This document shows positions 49,001-60,600 of a stretch of 64,000 bases of DNA, piece after piece. The DNA lies in contig DF237437.1 in assembly GCA_000708835.1 (NCBI GenBank), positions 2,628 to 66,627 of the forward strand, written 5' to 3'. Origin of the DNA: Klebsormidium nitens. Lineage: Eukaryota; Plantae; Klebsormidiophyceae. Within the stretch, counting starts at the first letter, position 1. The number at the start of each line of letters is the position of its first letter. The position numbers were made by a program, and so were the translations under genes. The notes under the pieces were generated by a model. That model made no database searches, was not told the origin of the DNA, and saw only the letters and a list, made by a program, of their open reading frames with translations.

Positions 49001-52000
49001 ATGCTCACGTTCAAGCTCGTCAATGCCACATCTGTACACGAAAACCTTCCTACGAGCATGCAAGCCTTCATCCTTCTTAGGTGAGAATCTCGTACCTTGT
49101 GGGTGCACCAAATAGTTTAAATTCTCAAATGGTTAATGATGCGCGCACAAGGCTGATGCTCCGGTGTTGCGAAGGCGTGGCAGTGGACACTGTAATATCT
49201 CGAGGAATAAACAATAAAAGGGAGGCAATAACCAGGTAGCATGATTCGGGGAAGCACAAATTTGGCCGTTGGAGTAAAGCGTGTGAACCGGTAAAGTATC
49301 TTGAGGACACAACTCGTCTAAAAGCGCCAGAAGCGAATTGCTGAAATCGGAAAAGCTTCAGCGAGTCCAAGGAGAAACTGTCAAGAAAGCTGGCGGTACA
49401 ACATCAGACAGCCTGCGCGTTCACTAATGAATATTGAATAGAAGATAGGCGGTCAAAGGCAAAGCGGCAAAATCCATTTCACTGTACCCGCGTCAAAAGA
49501 AATTTTTCTTCTAGAGGCAAACGCCTCTCAAGAAAACGAGCTTCAAAACCTTCGATATGGCTGCAGTCTAAGAACCTTCCGGTAGGGAAAGGGAAAGGCA
49601 AACCCGTCTTCGAAGGGCTTCTCTACAGAACTGGCAGGAAACCATATACCAACACAACAGAAGTAGCGTCCTCGCTTGAAGAGAACGGGCAGTCACTCTT
49701 GGGTACAAGGAAGCAACAGCATTTGATCTACGAAGACTACGATTCGGGGTAAGCGAAGCATGGCAACGCGGCGTCACTCCAATCTTCATGGGCATTTTGT
49801 AAGCCCAAATTAGAAGGGCATCCTCGCCGGTTGCTTCAGGAAGAGCAAAACTGTTTTGATAAGTGTGTAAACCGACTTTCACTGGGTCTGTCTCGACCTG
49901 CCGTCAACAGAGGCCGGCCAAGGCAAGAAATCTCAAGCAGAAAGCCCATAGCCTCAAACTCAGAACATTGCACGAGATGCGTTGCATGGAATTGCTGATA
50001 GAGTCAGCAAGCTTTGCACATGAAGCGGTAGAAAGGGAAGTTCACCTCGTAACGAACCATAGCCGTTAGTTACCCATGTCGTTATCCATGTTCTCATCTT
50101 GAAACAAGGACTTGCCAAAGAAGCAACGATAACGGCGATGAGGGAAGTAACAAGCGTCGTCAGTAGTTAATGCACTTCAGAAGCAAAACTCCCCGTTTCC
50201 TGTTCGAGAGTGACCGTGTGGCTTCAGACCGTAGCACTTCACCAATTGAGCTTCATCTCATGGTCAAATTCGTCATAGCCGCTTGTCTTCTCCATTGCAA
50301 GTATTAGCGATTCTGGCGGCCAGTTGGCGAGTGGACCCTTCAAGGAAGGGGACTAGATTTGTGCAGCAGCTTTTTCTGCTTTTAAGTGACCCACCCAACT
50401 TTTTCTGCTTTCTAGTGGACCATCCAGATAAAAAGACAGCAACAATACCCGAACCGAGGAGATTGCAGGTCTGTGCAAGCTAAACAGACCGCGCACGACT
50501 GAGTGAGCGGGACAACTCATGTTGCAGCCCTTCTTCCGAACTCTATGCATTTTCAACAAGACCAAATCTTGCAAGCTAAGACCGGAACCAACAAGAGCAG
50601 CGGCTCACCTGCGCAAGGGCGCGCAGCGCGGGCAGCGACTGGAAGTCTTGGACGAGCTTGCCAAAGACGTGGCGCAGCAAGCGCGTGGGGATGTAGAAGC
50701 CGGGGCAGAAGCGCATCATGAAGGGGGTGACCGCAGGGGCGAACCACTGAAGGATGTCGAGCAGGAACGGCGTCTTCTCGTGGTAGCCCGCGGGGGAGAG
50801 CAGAATCAAGCGGGCCAGCCTGTGCAAGACGAGGCAAAGCGTTACTGATTGTGATCGAAAGTCTGAAAAACGGACCAGATCGTTCGAAGCGACCCAGACT
50901 TGCAATGCTGACCACAAGGGGCCGTGGCTCGAAAGGACCATGGAGATGCACTGAGGGCTTTCGATAGACCTGGCCGCTGGAAACAACTTGGACTTATGCT
51001 AGATTTGACTGGGCCAAGACGTCGACTGGTCATGGGAGGACCGCTAAAAGGCCTGCGGCCGAAAGGCGGCAGGGTTCGACCAGGTACGCGAAGTTTGTTA
51101 AAAGGGGGAGCAAAATCACACCCTGCAAGCTCAGACTACTATCCATCGTCTGTCCTGTTGATGGAGACAACGAATAACATGGCTTGCCTTGCAGTCGTGA
51201 AGAATCGGCTTGAAAGCAGCAATGCTGCCAGAGCATTCCTGCTTTCATAAGATGACGAAAACAATCGGTCGACACTCGTTTCTTAGCAGGTGCAAAGTGG
51301 GTGGCAACTGAAAAAAGAACGCCCTCCCATCTGCTTTGGAGTGCCCGTTTGAAATCCAAAACATTGAACCAATACGTCAGTTGAAAACCTTAAAAATTTC
51401 GTGTTCATCGAGAATGTTTTCGCAGGCTCACCGGTGGGGCTTCCCTTCAATCCGCCTGAGGATGACGTAGACGATGAGCGCCATTCCGCCCAGGCTGTGG
51501 GCGATTCCGGACAGCGTGTACGGCGGAATCTCCTCCTCGATGTCCGAAAACGCGCCGTCGTCCGCATCCGCGTACGACGAAACCCGGGACGGGTCCCGCG
51601 TGTGCCGCCCGTTCGCTTCCGCTTCGCTCTCGGCCCCTCTTCCGGATTTCCCGGGCAGGGCGGGGTGAAGGTCGAGCGACGACCGTCTAGAGCCCCCCGG
51701 TGAAGAAAGCACGTCTTTTCGAGAACCCTCGGAAGCCGCGTCGGGAATCAAGTGATCAGGGATTGGGTGAGGTTGCGTTTGAAGAGCAGCATCTTCTTCA
51801 CCGAAGGAAACGTTGATGCCGTGGAGCGAGTGCGGGCTGGGTTCGGGAAGGTCTTCTAGAGCGTTTGGAGTGGAGGGCTGAGTTGTGGCGGAGTGGTAAC
51901 TAGAGCGGGGGGAGATGGGGGGCAGTTCTGCGGTCTTGACGTCGTCGATGCGCTGGATCATGCCGCCCACGTCGTACTGGCTGTGCTCCAGGACAGTGTA

Positions 52001-55000
52001 GTCCCAGTAACTGCGAGGGTCAGGGAAGCGGGTTAGCAGGCATATAATGATCAACAAGAACCCGGAGTTTTGAGTATGTTGCAGGACTGGACTACCGACT
52101 GCAAGTGTTGAGACAGAGTCTTGCAGATGCTTCGAGAGACGACGTCTGACGACGTCAGCAGGCAGGAAGAGACACCGACAACAAGCAGGGAACAGAAGGC
52201 TTTCCTTCTTCAGATCAAACAATCAGAAACCCAAAGAAGCAAACAGACAACAAACTGAAGGACTTACTCGCGTTTCGAGATGTTTGGATTGACGTGCTCT
52301 CGTGACGTGTAGCCGCGGAAGTTGCCCAGCCAGACGTCGTACCCTGCCCCACAAAAGTCCACGACAAACGTTACGATACGAGGACCGAAATACACGTGCA
52401 AGCTGAGCATATCATTGTGCCACCATCCTAAGCATCTCGCTTCTGAAGCAGGGCCACAAGGCGAAGATTTGCAACAAACCCATGTACGTCGCAACAAACA
52501 CATGAAAAGAAGGTCAGCGAGGGCAGCCCCTCAAGCAGTGCAGCTAAGGGGTATATCCTTACCGCAAAAAGGAGATTGATCACTATTGTCGTCTCGAGCT
52601 AGCAAAATCTTTCCTGAAACGGTCGTGAAACTGCCCACCTTGGTCGTACGCTGCAAACGCCTGCGAGCCCACCACCCCGTTGGCCACCCAGCCGAGCGAG
52701 CTGTCCAGTAGGCCGTGCTGCAGAATCACCGCCCGCCGAGACTCCTTCCTGCACCGTCGAACGGCACGGATCCCCTTGTCAGCTCGGTTGTGAGTAGGGA
52801 AGTCCTACGACAGAAATCCTACAACGATCGGCACGATTGACAACACGGTAATCAACGCAACCTACCAGAAGCAGCAAGACGATCGACTTCTATCAGTACC
52901 CCAATCAAGAATCATCTAACTGCGAAATTTTTAAGCCCTGAGAGAAGAGACTTGTTTTCCCACAAGTGAACCTATCTGAAGCATTGACACCAGCTCTGCT
53001 TCGCCGCTTTTGCCAAGCCCCGCCCGAAAGAAAACCCATGACATGACGTCTACATTTATACTCTTCCCCGAAGCCATTCCGCAGTTCCCCAAGGTATAAT
53101 CGACCCAGGAGTGGCCCCTTCCCACAAACCGTACCTGGGTATCCGCTCCAGCCGTAGGATGTACCCATCCTCCGTGACCACCCGGTGCGCCTCGTACGGA
53201 TACCCGGCGTCCGTGATGATCTGCTCCACCGTCGTGACCTTATGCTCTTCCTCGCGCGCAGTTTGCGACGCGCTCTGCGTGCGGCCCAGCCCCTGTATCC
53301 GCCAAAAGATGAAGCGCAGCCCTTCGGAAGGGGAGAGAACGTAGTATGTGGCGCCCCGTACCAGCTCGAAGCCCCAGTCGATGGCGCGTTCTAGTTGGAA
53401 TTGTAGCTCCTATAGGTGAAAGTAAGTGTGAGTTTTGGGCGAAGCTGGATAGTAAAAGGGAAGAGAAAGCAAGACACTTTGGAACTCAGAAAATGGTATG
53501 AGAGGAGGTCGATGCGAGAAAGCTGACGGGCAGCGATGAGACTGTAGACGTGTAGCTTACGTCTAGGATGTGAAGAGCCTGACAAGTGTTCGAAAAGTTC
53601 TGTCAATCAAGTTGCCACGGAAGGTTGCCCAAAATGGTGAAGCGCAACCTGTGCCTCAACACGTTCAACTAGCTCACGCGACGCAGTTTCATCGAAGGGC
53701 AATGGCTTGCGCACAGAACACAGTTGTGCAATGAATAGAGGCCGAGTATCAGGGGACAGGATGATAGGAGATAAGCAAGCGAAGCTCCAGGCACTTCCTT
53801 TTCAGGAACGGCAGAATGACCTGTAACATGAGTCCGCAAACTTGAAACACCGGCCCTAGGTGCGGTGAACACATAACTATGAAGACCGCTTCTTCTTAGC
53901 CCCCTTTTATGTGCGTCCTCTTCAAAGATAGTGAACGCCTCCGTACACAACGCCCCTATGCACTTCGTTTGTTTGGCATAACTAACTTATCTGACCAAGG
54001 GTGATAACCGGACCTTCTGGAACTTTGAATTTCACGCAACTTTAGACCCGCATTTCACCTCCCATTTCCAGAATGCTCATGAGAACACCGCCGAAGCTGT
54101 CATAATCTGTGCAATCCCAGGAATCTCATGCACACACTTTTGAAGCATTCACCACTTGCCTTAAATCACGCCCCGAAACTCACCTCCAGGAGCCCCTTCT
54201 GCGCCGATCGGTTCCGCTCACTGAACGGGAATGCCGAATGCCACACATCGCTCATTCGCCGCGACAAACTGTTCTCACTCCCGCTCTTGGGCAAACTGCC
54301 CCCAGCTGCGGAGTTCCTCCTACTTGGATGCGTTGACCCCTGCTCTGATGCTATCGGAGACAGCGGATTCGAGTGTCCGTTCTCTCGACGGGAATGTGGG
54401 CTTCGCCCAAACATTCCCGAAATGAATCGGCGGGATCGGCGGAAGAGTCCGTTGCGGGAGTGATGGTGGGAAAAGAAGGAGGCGGTGCTGTCATCGTCCG
54501 AACCCGACTCGGATCCGGATTCGGACAGGAGGTTTTGGTCAGAGTGGGTGAACTCGCTGACCATGCGATTGAAGTCGGAAACCCCGCTGCAGGAAAGGAA
54601 TGGGATGTCACGATGTGGATACCAACTGCTGTTGCAAATGTGAGGCAAGGGATCTGCAGAATGAATCACAGCTGGTTGCTGATTCTTCAGTACCTCAAAT
54701 AAACCACTTGGGGGTCTAAAAGAACGCCACAGCGGAGCCTGCCGTTCTGCACTTCCTGACTAACTCCTTCCCTCTACTTCTGATCCTTATTCCACGACAC
54801 CAGCCCACATGAAAATGTTGACTTCTCCTGAAAACTCCAGCCAACTTTGGTCCCCTGCTTGCTCACATGTCTGGACTCAGTACCCAGCGTGAGATCAACA
54901 TCTGTCTTTCCAACAGAGTCAAACTAGCTTCGGAGGCTAATCTCACGTTTCCATCCATCTGGGCATGGTGGGATGCGTGAAGCTGCTCCATGTGGAGCCG

Positions 55001-55692
55001 TCCCCCGCCCCCGGGATGATGCTTACGACCACCGCAGACACGCCGTTGATCCACTTGATCGTGTTGTTGAACGCCTCACGCGACACCGTCTTCAAAGCCC
55101 TGGAGCCCAAAAGAAGGTCAAACTCAGGGGCGACATTTGAAGCCGCAACCGGGACTGCCCAGCTACATTAAAACCTTCCGTTCATCAAAAAACTCAACTG
55201 CTGCAGATGAGATTGAGAGGGCGTGTATCAGGACTTGCAATTGCACAAGAGCGGACAAAGGCTACGGGTACTCGTTCCAAGGGAGCAGCCTGATAGCACA
55301 AAGTAAAGTGGCAGTGCTGCTGTACGTCAATGTTATCCATATTCTGATTATCACGATATTATCAATCAACTTAAGTTGCGGAACTTTCGTAAGCCACAGA
55401 ACACCAGAGCAGTTACTGGCTAGCGTCGAACGATTCGCAAGGTGCACTTGAACCCTGACGTTCAGAGCCTAGCGATCCATACTCAGAGTATGACATTAAT
55501 CAACAGTGAGATACTTCTGTTAGTATTACTTCCAATCAGCTGATAATCATTTTGGGGCCCCTTTTCTTAGATGAAAACTTTTAGCATTTTGGAAAAAAGC
55601 CATGCAAGTACGCAAACAGTGGATATAGGGAAGCGGCGCAATGACACTCACTCTTTTGCATTCCCCAGAATGGTATCCACGATGGCCTGCAT
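43019..55692 (-). CDS. Alpha/beta-hydrolase lipase (abhydrolase_lipase family, plant At1g18460/At1g73920-like), ~972 aa, 12 exons
   Basis: Exons 55652-55692, 54947-55099, 54184-54586, 53135-53409, 52639-52748, 52268-52343, 51432-52010, 50609-50819, 45996-46130, 45220-45417, 44398-44572 and 43019-43581 join in frame. Motifs GYPYEAHRVVTEDGYILRLERIP, LQHGLLDSS, GYDVWLGNFRG, AHSLGG (Ser), LSPAG, FQLFDYG, GTKDG (Asp) and FAHLDFTF (His). Confidence 0.9.
44773..44822 (-). repeat. Decayed intronic copy of the start of lipase exon 11
   Basis: It encodes CAFTHLDFTF versus EFAFAHLDFTF in the true exon starting at 44572. The acceptor AG is lost in the copy. Confidence 0.75.
45513..45590 (-). repeat. Intronic copy of the first 26 codons of lipase exon 10, with its own acceptor
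   Basis: ttgcag|YKRFQLFDYGRPKTLQTYDTVLPLNI versus the true YKRFQLFDYGRAKNLRRYGTAAPLNI; 60/78 nt identical. Confidence 0.9.
45846..45881 (-). repeat. 36-nt copy of the end of lipase exon 9, flanked by AG and GT (candidate cassette micro-exon)
   Basis: tagtgcag|TCATACCTCGCGAGTCACCTGCGCCAGTGCAAACGG|gtgagc encodes SYLASHLRQCKR; the true exon end is FMVASHLRQCKW|gtgagc. Confidence 0.85.
46236..46295 (-). repeat. Intronic copy of the lipase exon 9 acceptor region plus its first 8 codons
   Basis: cgcag|GTTCTGATCTGGACGTTCATCCTG versus the true ctgcag|GTTCTGATCCGGACGTTCATCCTG. About 35 nt of upstream intron are also similar. The offset is about 129 bp. Confidence 0.9.
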
Positions 55693-57698
55693 GGTGTCGA
55701 CGACTGGTGCCCAAAATAAGTTTGACTATGTCCCAGTGATTATGCCCGCTTTCTCAGCACCACATGCCAACTGCTCGGTCTTTCTCTTTGATTTCGCAGC
55801 CGCTATCCCTTATACCAAGAGCCAAAAGAATAACCCCACCCACTTGCTGGGAGAGAAAAAGAATAAAAAGAATGCCCATACAAAATTGATTGCCCAAAGG
55901 CTGCCACCGCCGTAACCTATGCTCTCAAGCCCGTGCACACACAAAGGAAGTTTCTTGGCTTGCTGTCTCTTTCTTGACAAGATGGACAGAACCGACTTTC
56001 CTCCTATCTTTTTCAAGAGATTAGTATGCTGTAAGCTCCTCTAATATGCTCGGGACTGATCGTAAATTGAATTCTTTGCAGTGCCTGTCATATTGCTTGT
56101 CGCATCGCTGTCTTGTCTCCCATCTCTTTCAGATGCACCTTTCGCTACAGGATGAAAAAGCTGACGTTAGAAACAAGGTGCCGTTTTAAGACCAGCTAAT
56201 CCTCGTCCTCTTTCTCCAGACTTCCCTCCCCTTTCCTTTCCCCGCTTCAAAGTCCATAGATGGAGTATGGCACGTCTTCAAATGTCAAAACAACATGCAC
56301 CCTTGTCCATCATGACCACTCTGAAGCAACAAGACGCCCAGCTAGCGGCTAAGCACAAGCTCAACGAAAAATTCGGAAAATGACTGACACCCCATATGAA
56401 CTTAAATTTAGAAGCGCATCCGACTCCGAGTCAGCCCCAAGTCAGAATGGAGACAGCTGGCACCATTTGGCGGGTGTACTGACCCGGCGTTCCCTGATTC
56501 GTTGCTCAAGATTCTCTGCCGCCGACGTGGAACCTTCGGCAAATCGACGGACGAGAACCTCAAGCGGGGTTGATGGACCGTCGATTGTGAGCGAAGAAGG
56601 TGAAGCGACGCGTATGGTACTTGCACAGCCATGATGGTCTCGATGGTGGAGTCGGCTCATTTGAGAAGGAGCTCATGGCTGTCTCTCACATTAATTAGGT
56701 ATTCCGACCCTTCAAACTCCTGATCCCGATGGAGACAAGAAAAGGCTCCCGTGTGCATTCTGATCAGCTTTCGTCCAATGGCTGAAAAGCGGAGGGTAGA
56801 TACGTAAAGCTGATTCTGCCTTCTGAAGAAGTTTGGTTGCATTCCAGTAGCCTGTTGACCAGGCTAAACGTACCATGCTTCGTACGGCAGAACTTCGAGT
56901 GCAGTTCAGCTGAGAACAAAGCACGACTCATGTTTCGCCATTGGACTATCAGCTTGATTTTTCAGCATAGACAAGACCGCCATCTCATCAGCTGCCGCGC
57001 TGAGCCAATGATCCAGCTGACCAACTTCGCGCAGCAACCGTGACATTGCTGGACATCAGTTTTATATGCGCAAGATTCCCTATTCATGATTCTTACAGAC
57101 TCATCACCTCTCTCCCTCCGATTAGCTGTGCCATCCAGTTTGTGGAGGCACGGAAGAGTTGAAGCCAGTTTACGGTGCTTGTAGACGTTCTGAAATCTGA
57201 AAGAGGAACCTCCTGGGATCGACTTTCGAAATACATTGTGCTCTGTCGATAAGTCAAGTGCAGGGGAAAGGGGGCCATTTGGTTACCACATTAACGTTCT
57301 GTGCTGCCCAACAGCGCGTCTGGGCGAGATGATTGACTAAAAAGAAACTTCTGATGATCAGAGTCGAGGTTAGCTTTCAGACGCTGTGCTGAGAACACAT
57401 CGGCCAAGGAAGATGACAGGTCGAGTAACAGTTTGCCCCATCTGAAAGGTTGTTTAGAAGGCACAATCTGTGACACGCCCAACCAGGGGCATGTCTGTAC
57501 AAAGAAGTATCAGCAGGAGAGGGTCTACATAGTCTGAGCGATCTTTTGCGCGTTGGATCAGGAGTGCCGGATGAGAAATCACTTTTAAGATCTGGTGAAC
57601 GGGGCTCCTGCCAAGGGGTGTCTTTGAGCTTCGAACGGAGGTTTCTCCTGCGTCAGTTGGATCAGATGCACCCTGCAAGCCAGTCTTTGTGAGCAGCA

Positions 57699-60600
57699 AT
57701 GTGGAATCAGGTAAGAAGGTGCTCGAAAGTCGAGTGAATGGCAAGCTTTGGAGGCCAGCCAATAATTCAGAGTTTCTGACTTATCAAAGGGCTGGCAAAA
57801 CTGAAGGGAAGGGTATGCAGACGCGGTTGGATTGGACAATCAAGCCATTGGTTATGATCCTCATGATTGTGGCTAGCACGTGCACTGCTTGGTCATCCCA
57901 CCACATCAGGTGGCCCCGAAAATTTACTTACACAAATCTGTGGTGGTTTTGCCAGTACAAGTCCTCAGAATTTCGTTAAGTGGCTCAGCCCTCCTCTGCA
58001 ATCAAGAGCGGAAAGAAGATTCGAAGGCCAACACAAATCCATTTCCCAACAGCCCACAAAGCTCCATAAGCAGGCAACGTCGATCCAGACGTTTGCAAGA
58101 GGGCCATGCAACCCATACTCAGTATTTCGAGGGAGCAAAGATGTCAAAGGTCATTGATGTTCCGAGAAAGCGTCAGAACGCTGGTCCTGTTAGCTTCTCC
58201 TCTCACACAAACGTAAGGCTGAGGGCATAGAAGGGCGTCATGAAACAGAGTCCGTTCACAAGCTCATGGTCTCGAACAACCCCGTGCGCGCAGGCCGCTC
58301 TCTGGAGCGACCCCGAGTTGGAGGGATGGTTAGAGAAGCGCGGGGGCAAGTACAGCGGGTGGAAGAAGCGCTACTTCGTGCTGCAGTCCAGCCTGCTCTT
58401 CTACTTCACCAGCGAGGCCAAGGTGGGGACGGTCTCAACGAATTGAGGGAACCGAAAAAAGTCGCGTCGAGCATTCGGAAAACGGTCAGCAACAAGAGTT
58501 GATCCGAGCAGACGAAGGGGCCTTTGGAAAACCGTCAGCAACAAGAGTTAATCCGAGCAGACGGAGAGGGGACGGAGCGAAGAGGACGATACAGTCAACG
58601 CAACAAGGTCTTGAGAGTCTCAAAGCGTAGTCTTTTGCGAAGCCGGGGAGGTCAATACTATTATTGAGGAGATTGACAGTTGGTGGGGTGCCTGTTCGAC
58701 CGTCGGATTTTGTGACGCAGTCTGCTCCTGTAATTTGAACCGTACAATCTGGTCACTTCGAGCACCTTGCTCGTCCGCAAGTCTCTCCTCTTCTTACACA
58801 ACGCCCTTGTTTCGACAGCTTCGAGCTGGCAATAGGTTACTAAATTTCCCCTCGGCCTCCATTATCCGCAGGACAAGGGCCCCACAGGCGTTCTCCCGTT
58901 GGAAGGCTCCACCGTGACGATTGCTGATGAGGCCGCGGCCGGGAGCAAGCACCACTTTGCGTTTGTCCTGAAGCTCGCGCCCAATTATGGCGACGTGGCC
59001 AAGCGGGACACGTACGTGCTGGCAGCGGACAAATACACCGGCCTGGTGAGAAGGGAAAAGGGTTCAACGGATCTTTAATGGAAATTTTTAAGTCACCGGT
59101 AAATCTTGCCCATGAAAATGCTCAAGTCAATCGTAAATCTTATTTGCCCATGATCACGATAATCAAGTGCTCGTACGTGATAAAAACGTTTTCCCCATGA
59201 TCGCAAACTTCGAGTGCTCATACGTGAAAGAAAGAGCGGACTGGTGAGGGAAGGGAGCGATCCGATCGACTTGCCCGCTCCATAGGCACGGAGCTTCAAT
59301 TCGTTTTCCTAATCATTGCAGAATCGATTATATGTAGCTTATGTATAGATAATGACGTCCAATTATTGAAAGTTGAAGTCGCTCAAAGTTAGAAGAAACG
59401 CGCAAAGGAACATGAGAGATACTGATCTTTGCTGCTGAGTCTGATTTCGTCTGAAGCTCGAGCCCAAAAACGCAGTCGAGCTCGAGCGAGTCTGCAAAAA
59501 ACTCTCCTAGTGGAATGGTCGCCTCCGGTTTGTGCGTGCACTGTTCTCCGTTGTCAACTTCGTGACGCTTCAAAGCGCAGACTAGCGCACCTTTCTTTCG
59601 ACGTTGCCAAGAAAATTTCTTTCTGATGTCAAATCGTAAGAACGCCTAGATAAACTATCTGATATATGCCCACTTTTTGCTTCGGTCGTTTCAGCCATAT
59701 TCAATCTATGCTTTTCTGACTTCGTAACACAAGATTCGAGCTTTTCGGTGTTAAGCCTCCGACTCAAGCCCCCATTTCTACTTGCAGGACGAGTGGATGC
59801 AGAAGCTCACAAGGGCCGCAGACTCTAGGGCGTACCTCGTTGGTGAGTTCCGTCATACACTGAGGAAACTCAGCTTGAACACAGAACTGTCGGTTCGCCT
59901 TTTGCTTGACACCCCGCTTCGAGGATGATAGCACATGGCAAGATGCACGGCTCTCCTTCCTTCAGAAATCGGCGCTGAATACTTTTCGCAAATCAGGGTC
60001 CATATCGTATTTTGGGGGCGTATCGCATATGCTTCTATCATTTAGTGGGCTTCCACCGTCCATTTTCAATCGACTTCCGAGCATACCTTTGACTTGGATC
60101 ACGAAAACTCTGGTCAAAGAGACGTACAACTGCGTTGAATTCGCCCAAATCAACTGTTTTCGGCTGTGCAGGCGAGTTGCAGCGGCTGCGCGCGCGCTCG
60201 GGCGAGTTGAAGGCGCTGCTGCAGCGGTCGCGGTCGCACATGGCGCTCATGGCGGCCGCGTCGTCCGCCAGCGAAACCTCGAAAGCCCTGCAGGTCAGGC
60301 CCTCCCCGCTTGTACTGTTTGCTTGATTACGGGGGACGTCTTTATCGATGATAGTTGACGCTCCTGTGTTTCTGAGCGAGGGCCTGTGCCACGCTCAGTT
60401 GCGAAGAAGGGGCGTTGATCGCCTCGTATATACATTCTCGGCCGGTCTCGGCATGTGACCACAAGCCAGGTCTTTGAACAACCTGTTGAAGTAGAGAACA
60501 AGAGGCTCTTTGAGAAAGACGAGGAATGTACCGCAGGATCACCTCAAAATAATGTCCGTATCACTCGGATCCTCTTCGCGAGGCAAACAAGTATCCCCCA

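Noticed and set aside
56380-56634. ORF MTDTPYELK... as the first exon of the PH gene
   Set aside because: No phase-compatible splice to 58294 was established and there is no motif support. The nearer ATGTGGAATCAG|GT exon fits better, but it is itself tentative.
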